Source: a bacterium (GTDB lineage Bacteria; Krumholzibacteriota; Krumholzibacteriia; JACNKJ01). Taken from it: 64,000 nt of DNA. The stretch spans positions 10,127-74,126 of the forward strand of contig JAAEPZ010000249.1 in NCBI GenBank assembly GCA_024231955.1, in the 5' to 3' direction. Position 1 is the stretch's first letter, and every line of letters starts with the position of its first letter. This document shows, piece by piece, positions 9,301 through 17,150 of the stretch. A program made the translations under genes and the position numbers. The notes below the pieces were generated by a model that saw only the letters and a list, made by a program, of their open reading frames with translations, was not told where the DNA came from and did no database searches.

Positions 9301-10310
9301 ATCCCTGGGGCTGGGTACTGCTGATCGGGTTGTGCTGGTCCTCCTTCTTCTCGGGAAGCGAGACGGCCGTTGTCTCCTGCGATCGTCTGCGCCAAAGGGC
9401 GGCGGGCGTGAAGGGGAAGCGGCTGGCCAAGCTGGCTGAACGTCTCTATATCGACCAGGAGCGAATCCTGGCCCTGCTGCTGCTGGGCAACAATGTCGCC
9501 AATATCGTCATCTCGATTGCGGCGCTGGTTCTCACACAGGAAGGTCTGGAGGCTCTGGGTGTGAATCTGCCGGCCTTCTGGCGGGATATCATATCTTCGA
9601 TCTGGATCTCGCTTCTGGTTCTGTCCGAGGAGATCTTGACCAAGGGGATCGGCCACTCCTATGCCGTCCGGATCACCAGAGCCAGCGCTCCGCTGCTCCT
9701 GGTGCTGTATTATCTCCTGTTCCCGGTTCTCTGGTTGATACTGGCCCTGGCCAATGGGCTCAAGCGGATGATGCCCGGATCCAGAGGGCAGGGCAAGAGG
9801 GCCGGGGTCTCCTGGGACACCCTCGGATTGCACCTGGAAACGGGACATGCACTGGGGATCATCGAGAAGCAGGAGGAGGAGGTTATTCACCGCATCGGTC
9901 AGATGGCCGGTCAAACGGCCCGCGATCTGATGATCCCCCTCGCCAAACTGCGCACCATGTCGCTGACCGCCTCCATCCGGGAGCTCAAGGAGCATCTCAA
10001 GGAGGGTGCGGACAACCGCGTCTTTCTGTACGACGATTCGCCGGTGAATCTCGTTGGCGTCCTGTCGACGAACAGGCTGTTGGGATTGGAGGAGCAGGGC
10101 AATCTCAAACATCTCCATACACGGTTGCGATGCATCCCCGCTTCGCGAAATCTGGTGGATATGATCGATGAAATGGAGATCAGTCGCAGCCGATTCCTGG
10201 CGGTGATCGATCTGGATGGAAATTGCCTGGGCGTGGTATTCCTGCGCGATCTGATGCGTCAGCTGGTATTGACCCATAAACCCCTGCAGGACCCGGGACT
10301 TGAAACCTGA
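9297..10310 (+). CDS. CNNM/DUF21 + CBS-pair membrane protein (no CorC_HlyC domain)
   Basis: ATGA overlap with the previous gene. It has SGSETAVVS, TM segments, DLMIPL and a CBS pair, and ends right after the CBS pair. Confidence 0.8.
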   Translation: MNPWGWVLLIGLCWSSFFSGSETAVVSCDRLRQRAAGVKGKRLAKLAERLYIDQERILALLLLGNNVANIVISIAALVLTQEGLEALGVNLPAFWRDIISSIWISLLVLSEEILTKGIGHSYAVRITRASAPLLLVLYYLLFPVLWLILALANGLKRMMPGSRGQGKRAGVSWDTLGLHLETGHALGIIEKQEEEVIHRIGQMAGQTARDLMIPLAKLRTMSLTASIRELKEHLKEGADNRVFLYDDSPVNLVGVLSTNRLLGLEEQGNLKHLHTRLRCIPASRNLVDMIDEMEISRSRFLAVIDLDGNCLGVVFLRDLMRQLVLTHKPLQDPGLET

Positions 10311-10355
10311 AACGATACTCTCGCCATTCCCGGTATGGCGGAATTAGCGGCCTAT

Positions 10356-10382
10356 CCCGTATTATTTCAAGGTTAATAAGGG
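10356..10382. promoter_or_regulatory. imperfect inverted repeat, candidate operator
   Basis: CCCGTATTA-N9-TAATAAGGG lies just upstream of the putative promoter of the XRE-cupin operon. Confidence 0.2.
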
Positions 10383-10395
10383 ATATAGTAAGCCC

Positions 10396-10423
10396 TTGAC
10401 CGATCTGCCCATATTTCTTACTT
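10396..10423 (+). promoter_or_regulatory. putative sigma-70-type promoter
   Basis: TTGACC-N16/17-(T)TACTT in a low-GC intergenic region. Confidence 0.3.
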
Positions 10424-10473
10424 TTTCTCCACCGTGAGGTCAACCTCAATTCCAGACGCAAGGAGCCAATTGA

Positions 10474-11040
10474 ATGGAACAGCGTGGTAGAGTCGAGATC
10501 GGGGAGCGGATCAAACGCTATCGACTCGAGAAGAAACTCACTCTGAAACAGATCGAAGCGCTCAGCGGCGTTTCCGCAACCCACATCTCCGAGATTGAGC
10601 GGGGCAAATCGAGTCCGACTGTCGGCGCCCTGAGCAAGATAGCGGCAGCCATGGGTACCGAGGCTTCCTACTTCGTCGAAGAGGACGAATTGCCCGAGGT
10701 CAGTTTTGTGCGTGTCGGTGAGCGTCGGCGCTACCGCTTCGTCGAACCGCCTGTTGCGATCGAATCGTTGTCGGGTACGATACCCCACTCCCGGATGTCC
10801 GTGATGCTGATGGCCTGGGAATCCGGTGCCGTAGCGACCGGTGAGGTCAATCGCCACGAGGGGGAGGAGTTCCTCCTGGTGCGCAAGGGGATTCTCGAGG
10901 TTTTCGTCGAAGAGGAGCGTTACATCCTCAAAGAGGGTGACAGTCTGCACTACCATGCCTCGAACCCGCACAGGATCGAGAATATAGGCGATTCCATCTG
11001 CGAGGCGCTGGTCGTTACCGTGCCCTGCTTCAAGATCTAG
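10474..11040 (+). CDS. XRE-family HTH + cupin domain transcriptional regulator
   Basis: HTH_3 motif LTLKQIEALSGVSATHISEIERGKSSPTVGAL. C-terminal cupin has GEEFLLVRKG...GDSLHYHASNPHRIEN. Confidence 0.85.
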   Translation: MEQRGRVEIGERIKRYRLEKKLTLKQIEALSGVSATHISEIERGKSSPTVGALSKIAAAMGTEASYFVEEDELPEVSFVRVGERRRYRFVEPPVAIESLSGTIPHSRMSVMLMAWESGAVATGEVNRHEGEEFLLVRKGILEVFVEEERYILKEGDSLHYHASNPHRIENIGDSICEALVVTVPCFKI

Positions 11041-11053
11041 GGGAGATGAGGAT

Positions 11054-11623
11054 ATGGAAATTCAGGAACTCGGCGCGCGTATCAAACGCATTCGCAAATC
11101 CCGCAGCATGACGCTCAAGGATATCGAGGGGCGCAGTCGCGTCTCGGCCACACACATCTCGGAAATCGAACGGGGCAAAACCAGTCCGACGATTGGCGCA
11201 CTCTCGCGCATCGCATCGGCTCTGGGCAAGGACACGGCCTTTTTCCTCGAGTCGCAGAATCTCGACGATGTCTGCCGCATCAAATACGAGGATCGCGAGA
11301 AGCACGTTTTCAAGACGACAAATGGTTACTATCAGCAACTGACCTTCGGCATTCCCGGCGGCAGGCTGCAATCTTACCGCCTGCACCTTGAACCCGGCGC
11401 CATTCTCCAATATAGTCCCCCCTCAACGGAGGGTGAAGCCACGCTTATGATCGAACAGGGCGAACTGCGCTTCACATCCGGCGATGAACAGGTCGACCTC
11501 AAGATAGGCGACAGCGTTCATTTCTTGGAATCCGAGGACCACGGGTTTATAAATCCGTCAAATTCGCACTCGGTCGATATCATTCTGGTGAGTACACGTC
11601 GGCATAGCATCGACGATATGTAG
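11054..11623 (+). CDS. XRE-family HTH + cupin domain transcriptional regulator (paralog)
   Basis: MTLKDIEGRSRVSATHISEIERGKTSPTIGAL plus a cupin (GDSVHFLESEDHGFIN). The HTH is roughly half identical to the preceding gene product. Confidence 0.85.
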   Translation: MEIQELGARIKRIRKSRSMTLKDIEGRSRVSATHISEIERGKTSPTIGALSRIASALGKDTAFFLESQNLDDVCRIKYEDREKHVFKTTNGYYQQLTFGIPGGRLQSYRLHLEPGAILQYSPPSTEGEATLMIEQGELRFTSGDEQVDLKIGDSVHFLESEDHGFINPSNSHSVDIILVSTRRHSIDDM

Positions 11624-11632
11624 GAGGACACG

Positions 11633-11992
11633 ATGGCAGGGACAATTGAAAGTGATATCCGTTTTCGGGGTCTGGTTCAGTATCTGAGTACGTCCGCCTT
11701 CTTTCAGTTGGGGAAGATGGCCAACCCGGTTACGGGGGAGATCGAGCGCAACCTGGAGGGGGCCAAGTTCTTCATCGATATGCTGGACAGCCTCGAACTG
11801 AAGACACGGGGTGCTCTGAGCGAGGAGGAGATGAAGGAGCTCGAGGGCGCCCTCACCAGTCTCCGCCTCAACTACATCGATGAGGTGAAGAAGGACCAGG
11901 AAGCACCTGCCACAGAGGAAACGGCTGCCGAGGAAACTCCCGAGACCGCGGACACCGAGGACAAACATGAGGATCAGGCGGCCGGCGATTGA
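11633..11992 (+). CDS. DUF1844 domain protein
   Basis: FFQLGKMANPVTGEIERNLEGAKFFIDMLDSLELKTRG..LSEEE is the pattern I recall for DUF1844. The C-terminal tail is acidic. Confidence 0.6.
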   Translation: MAGTIESDIRFRGLVQYLSTSAFFQLGKMANPVTGEIERNLEGAKFFIDMLDSLELKTRGALSEEEMKELEGALTSLRLNYIDEVKKDQEAPATEETAAEETPETADTEDKHEDQAAGD

Positions 11993-13323
11993 TGGATCGT
12001 CGTTGCAGCATACTCCTCCTTGTTTGCGCAGGGATGCTGCCCCTTCTCTTCATGTCATTGCCTGCCGCCGCAGGTTTTGGTCTACCGGAGAGTGAGGGGC
12101 TGCTGCATGTCCGCAGCTACGAAACCACCGGTCTGGGCGCGATCCGCGTCTGTCTCAGCCAGAACTACTACTATCAGGATGTAGGACGCGAAAGCCGCTA
12201 TCATCGGTTCAACAACCGGTTGGGTCTGGCGTTCGGCTTCGGCGCGATGGGGCAGATCTCCATCGACACGAGGTTGCACGGCGTGTGGCGAAGGGTGTCC
12301 GATCAGGACATGGTCTCGGTAGCTCCCTTTGATGATCCGGCGTGGCAGACCGGAATCGGCGACAGCGATCTGGCCGGTCGCCTGGTGCTGCCTGTACCGG
12401 GATCCCGTCTGCGTTTTGCCGGTGAGGCTGTTCTTCGCTTGCCCACCGGTGATGAGTCGAACAACTTCGGTACCGGTTGCAAAGAGTATGAGGTTGTGGG
12501 GATTCTCAGCCTTGAACTGTATCGAGGCCGTCGATTTCTGCCGGTCTTCCTTCACCTGAATTACGGACTACGGATCAATCGTAACCCTCTGGGTTATGCC
12601 CCACCTCCGGGGATACTCCCGACGACCTGGTCCGCACCTCTGCCCGCCTACTATCCGGTACTCCAGGTGGGGGAGACGACGAGTGCTCGGCGTCAGATCA
12701 TCTATGGTGCGGGGCTGGAATTCATCGGAGAGCGGATGAATCTCTACGCGGAACTTTCCGTCGACGATCTCTTTCATCTCCGCGAAACCATGAAACTCTC
12801 CGAGCAGCCGTGGCAATTGGCGTTGGGGTTCAAGGCTGATGTGCCGTGGCAGATGGAGCTTTTCGGTTCTTTCGATATCAACCTTGCCCGGGATGATTTC
12901 GACACGGATTTCGAACCGCACTATCCCGGTCTGATCACGACAATAGGCGTCAGCAAGCGGTGGCAAGTGCTTTCGGGTGATCTGGATAATGATGGCATCC
13001 GGGGCGATGAGGATCTGTGTCCGGATCGTCCGGAGGACATGGACGGCTTTGAGGATCACGACGGTTGTCCCGATCTCGACAACGATCTGGATGGCATTCT
13101 GGATATCATCGACCTCGCCCCGAACCTGCCTGAGGACTTCGATGGCTTCGAGGATCATGACGGCCGTCCCGACCTGGACAATGACAATGACGGCATCCCT
13201 GATCGCGATGATCTCTGCCCCGATCGCGCCGAAGATTATGATGGTAACGACGATGAGGATGGCTGTCCCGACCGCGACATTGCTCCCGGTGACGATCCGG
13301 ACTCAACCTCCGATTCTGAGTAG
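11992..13323 (+). CDS. outer-membrane protein with C-terminal thrombospondin type-3-like calcium-binding repeats
   Basis: TGATG overlap with the DUF1844 gene. It has a signal peptide and a beta-barrel-like N-terminal part. Repeats of DxDxDGxxDxxDxCP follow (DLDNDGIRGDEDLCPD, DGFEDHDGCPDLDND, DNDNDGIPDRDDLCPD). Confidence 0.75.
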   Translation: MDRRCSILLLVCAGMLPLLFMSLPAAAGFGLPESEGLLHVRSYETTGLGAIRVCLSQNYYYQDVGRESRYHRFNNRLGLAFGFGAMGQISIDTRLHGVWRRVSDQDMVSVAPFDDPAWQTGIGDSDLAGRLVLPVPGSRLRFAGEAVLRLPTGDESNNFGTGCKEYEVVGILSLELYRGRRFLPVFLHLNYGLRINRNPLGYAPPPGILPTTWSAPLPAYYPVLQVGETTSARRQIIYGAGLEFIGERMNLYAELSVDDLFHLRETMKLSEQPWQLALGFKADVPWQMELFGSFDINLARDDFDTDFEPHYPGLITTIGVSKRWQVLSGDLDNDGIRGDEDLCPDRPEDMDGFEDHDGCPDLDNDLDGILDIIDLAPNLPEDFDGFEDHDGRPDLDNDNDGIPDRDDLCPDRAEDYDGNDDEDGCPDRDIAPGDDPDSTSDSE

Positions 13324-13613
13324 GCTTCTCAGCCGAATGACCCCGACCCTCCGGATAATCAGCAATCCCTTTGCATGCAATCCTCATCAAGCCGCCAAAG
13401 TGTAAACTTTACATGTCTACTATTCCTCATAGTTCCTTATCGCGGGGACTGTAGACAAAATGAGACGAAAAGATTCATTGTATAGATTTTCCGTACTTTA
13501 GAAGATTACAGGTTCTGTCGATGCCTAGATGTAAACATTGCATATCCTGAAGTCTCTTGATTTATCAGAGCATGTAATTATTGATCCTTAACCTTGGCAT
13601 GCGAGGTCTGAAA

Positions 13614-16043
13614 ATGCTGAAGAATCTGTCGATAGGGCACAAGATAATCGGTGGTTTCTCTCTAATTTTAATCCTGACCGCTGTCGCGGTTCTGTTTTCG
13701 GTATTCGGAATCGGGGGCATCAAGGGGAACGCCACCGGCGTGATTCAAGGTCATGAGCTCAGTGCTCATTTTACCCAGGTCAAACTCGATCATCTGCACT
13801 GGCTGAACGAACTGGATCAGTTCCTGAAGGATGACGATATCACGGAATTGACTGTCCAAACGGATGATCACAAGTGCAGATTGGGGACCTGGCTCTACAG
13901 CGAGGATCGCGAGTCGGCGGAGGAGTTGATCCCCGAAATGGCACCCCTCCTCCAGAGTCTTGAGGAACCCCATTACTTGTTGCACGCCTCGGCAATTGAG
14001 ATCGATGACTACTACTCCTACGCGGATCCGAAATTGCCTGCGACGCTGGTTGCCCGTCATGTCGACCAAATGGAGTGGGCCGACATCCTGAAGAATGCCT
14101 TCCTGACCAACGCGGCTTCGATCGATGTCACACTGGACCCCGTTAAATGCGAAATGGGGCAATGGCTGACGAGTGCCGAAGGGCAGGAGATCTACGCCAA
14201 GGGCAATACGGAATTCCGCGCGGCCTGGGATGATCTGATGCGAGAACATGCGCTCCTTCATGAGAGCGGGGAGATGATCCATGAGACTTATGCCCAGATC
14301 CATCCGGGTCTTAAAGGGGAGTTGCTGGACTACCTCACCGACAGCATGAACTGGGCGCAGAATGTCTCTGCATCGGTCATCAAGGGGGACAAGAAACTGG
14401 ATGTCAATCTGGATCCGACTCAGAGTGCCCTGGGCCGATTCTTTGCCACCAGCCGCTATACCGGTTTCGAGAGCAGCTATGCCGAAATGTTCAGCGCTCT
14501 CGAGTCGACCAGGATGTCCCTGGGTTACATGTATGAGGCGGCGGGCAAAATTGACGCCGCTCTGCAAGCGGGCAAGACGGAGATTGCCAAGACAGCCTTC
14601 CGGGATGAACTGCTGTCGGAGATGAATTCGGTTCAGTACTGGCTCGGCGAGGGGATTGCCGCAGAAGATCGCCTGATCGAGAAGCGCAACGCCGCCAAGG
14701 GGATATATGACGTGACGACGACCCCCGCCCTGCAGGCCTGTCTGGCCAGTTTGGGTCATCTGCAGGAGATTGCCGAAGCGAATCTGAGGGGCTACTACCA
14801 TGCCGAGGAGATCTACGCCACTCGGACGCTGGATGCCAGAGACGAGATCATGGGCCTTGTCGACGGCATGTCCGATATTCTGCATGAGAATATGCCCAGC
14901 GATGCAGCCATGATGAGCAAAGTGAGCAGCACCAGGATCGGAGTGATGACGACGGGTCTGATCGCTCTGGTTCTGGGGATCGGACTCGCCCTGCTGATCT
15001 CCAGAAGTATTGTCGGTCCGATCAGGCAGGGGGCGGATTTCGCGCAGGTCGTCGCGGATGGCGACTTCACCCAGAGTCTGGATATGGATTCGAAGGATGA
15101 AGTCGGGGGGATGGCCAACGCGCTCAACGCAATGTCCGGCAATCTCCGCACAGCCTTGCTGTCGATCGGCGAACAGGCCGAAACCGTTTCATCCGCATCC
15201 GAGATGCTGTTCTCGACCGCCAATGAGATGGGAGCCGGAGCCGAGGATGTCTCCTCCAGATCCGGGATGATCTCATCCGCGGTCGAAGAGATGTCCGACA
15301 ACTTGACGACCGTTGCCTCCTCCTCCGAGGAGATGTCATCCACCGTCAGCACGATAGCCGCCGCCGTCGAGGAGATGAGCGCCTCGTTGAGCGAAGTGGC
15401 CAGGAGCAGCGGCCAGGCCTCCCAGGTGGCCACGACGGCTGTCGGCAAGACCCGGACGACCAGTGAGGTCATGGAGCGGCTGAGTAATTCTGCGACCGAG
15501 ATCGACAAGGTCCTCGATACGATCAGCGACATCGCCGATCAAACGAATCTGCTTGCGCTCAACGCCACGATCGAGGCTGCAAGTGCCGGTGACGCTGGCA
15601 AGGGCTTTGCGGTTGTCGCCAACGAGGTGAAGGAGCTGGCCAAACAGACCGCGGTGGCTACCGAGGAGATCAGCCACCAGATTGACGAGATGCAGACGAA
15701 CACCAAAAACGCCGTCGGGGCGATTGGGGAGATCTCGGGCATCATCTCGGAGATTGACGATATCAGCACCACGATCGCCAGCGCGGTCGAGGAGCAGTCC
15801 GCCACGATTTCGGAGATCGCCCAGAGTATCAGCGGCGCATCTCAGGCCACGACGGAGATATCGTCGAATGTGCAGAGCGCTTCGACCAACGCCAGTGAGA
15901 TGGCCGACAGCGCCAAGAGTGTCAGCCAGACCGCCCAGAGCACGGTGCAGAGTGTGAGTTTGACCAGCTCCGCAGCCGGGGAGCTGGCTGAAATGGCTTT
16001 GACTCTCAAGGATGTGGTCAAACGTTTCAAGGTGACGAGCTAG
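13614..16043 (+). CDS. methyl-accepting chemotaxis protein with a ~400-aa periplasmic domain
   Basis: ATG 13614 follows GAGG. Domain order is TM1, long periplasmic domain, TM2 (~14938-15003), HAMP and the MCP signalling domain ([35 protein letters not shown]). Confidence 0.9.
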   Translation: MLKNLSIGHKIIGGFSLILILTAVAVLFSVFGIGGIKGNATGVIQGHELSAHFTQVKLDHLHWLNELDQFLKDDDITELTVQTDDHKCRLGTWLYSEDRESAEELIPEMAPLLQSLEEPHYLLHASAIEIDDYYSYADPKLPATLVARHVDQMEWADILKNAFLTNAASIDVTLDPVKCEMGQWLTSAEGQEIYAKGNTEFRAAWDDLMREHALLHESGEMIHETYAQIHPGLKGELLDYLTDSMNWAQNVSASVIKGDKKLDVNLDPTQSALGRFFATSRYTGFESSYAEMFSALESTRMSLGYMYEAAGKIDAALQAGKTEIAKTAFRDELLSEMNSVQYWLGEGIAAEDRLIEKRNAAKGIYDVTTTPALQACLASLGHLQEIAEANLRGYYHAEEIYATRTLDARDEIMGLVDGMSDILHENMPSDAAMMSKVSSTRIGVMTTGLIALVLGIGLALLISRSIVGPIRQGADFAQVVADGDFTQSLDMDSKDEVGGMANALNAMSGNLRTALLSIGEQAETVSSASEMLFSTANEMGAGAEDVSSRSGMISSAVEEMSDNLTTVASSSEEMSSTVSTIAAAVEEMSASLSEVARSSGQASQVATTAVGKTRTTSEVMERLSNSATEIDKVLDTISDIADQTNLLALNATIEAASAGDAGKGFAVVANEVKELAKQTAVATEEISHQIDEMQTNTKNAVGAIGEISGIISEIDDISTTIASAVEEQSATISEIAQSISGASQATTEISSNVQSASTNASEMADSAKSVSQTAQSTVQSVSLTSSAAGELAEMALTLKDVVKRFKVTS

Positions 16044-16052
16044 AGATACGTA

Positions 16053-16952
16053 CTAGTTGTCGGGCGATTTCTCCCGCTGTTTCACGACCTGCCAGTGATG
16101 CTCCATCTCCGGCAGGTCGGCTTTTTTCAGGCTGCTGCCCGCCCCAAGCAAGCTCTCCTCCATGCCGGTGAAGCGCCGCAGGAATTTGGCGTTGCCCGCC
16201 TCGGCCACCTCCTCCGCATCCAGTCCCGCCCAGCGGCAGAGATTGGTGATCACGAAGAGGATGTCGCCGAGTTCATCCTTCAGACAGCTCAGATCCCGCC
16301 CCTCAAGCGTCTGGCGATAGCGGACGGAGGGGCTGCCCTCATCGCCTGCAGCCGCCTCCGGCCCGGGCAATCGATCCAGTTCGATCTTCAGCTCCGCCAA
16401 CTCCTCGGCCATCTTGTCCCGGACGCCATCCAGGTTGGGCCAGTCGAAGCCGACCGTGGCGGCCCGCTCCTGGTAGCGGTGGCTCTTCGCCAATGCGCCC
16501 ATGCTGGCCGGCAGACGCTTGAGCAGATGCTCGCTCTCACCCCTGGCGCGACGCTCGTTCCGCTTCACCTCTTCCCACACGACGAGTTGAGCGTCGGCAT
16601 CTTCGGGCATCTCGTCCCGTGTCCCCTTGTCGCCGTCGGCGAATATGTGGGGGTGGCGTCGCTTCAGCTTCTCATTGATCGAGTCCAGCGCCTGGGCGGC
16701 ACCGCCCTCCCGCCGCGATGCGAGTTCAAAAAGACCGAACAGGGTGAGATAGGAGACGTCACCCAACTCCTCGATCTGCTCAGCCCCGGAATTGCTGCCG
16801 ATGGCCTCAAGCCACTCGTGCCCCTCATCAATGAGGTTCCGGGCAATATCCGCAGCCGTCTGCTTCCGGTCCCAGGGACAACCGGCGGGCGACAGCAGCC
16901 GCTCGAGGATTTGCCAGAGATCTCTCAGTTCCTTATCGGGATAGTTTTTCAT
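16053..16952 (-). CDS. mazG: nucleoside triphosphate pyrophosphohydrolase MazG (tandem MazG domains)
   Basis: CPWDRKQT, EEhyElhEA-like motifs (LIDEGHEWLEAI; ELGDILFVITNL) and RRHPHIF. Confidence 0.88.
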   Translation of the reverse strand: MKNYPDKELRDLWQILERLLSPAGCPWDRKQTAADIARNLIDEGHEWLEAIGSNSGAEQIEELGDVSYLTLFGLFELASRREGGAAQALDSINEKLKRRHPHIFADGDKGTRDEMPEDADAQLVVWEEVKRNERRARGESEHLLKRLPASMGALAKSHRYQERAATVGFDWPNLDGVRDKMAEELAELKIELDRLPGPEAAAGDEGSPSVRYRQTLEGRDLSCLKDELGDILFVITNLCRWAGLDAEEVAEAGNAKFLRRFTGMEESLLGAGSSLKKADLPEMEHHWQVVKQREKSPDN

Positions 16953-17150
16953 GGGCGCAATCTAGCACGCGGGAGGTGGGCAGGCAATGCACCTGCTGTT
17001 CGGACGACGGTTTTTGTGGCGCAACCAACAGGAACTCTCCTCGGGATCAACATTGACCTCGCGCCCGATCTCAAGCTATGTTACACGGTTCAGGGACTGT
17101 TTCCAATGACAGGCAGAGGGGTTTGACGCCAACCTGCCGGAGAGAGAGAG

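Noticed and set aside
13668-14885. 405-aa minus-strand ORF inside the MCP gene
   Set aside because: It is antisense to a well-supported chemoreceptor, with no recognisable domains and no RBS context.
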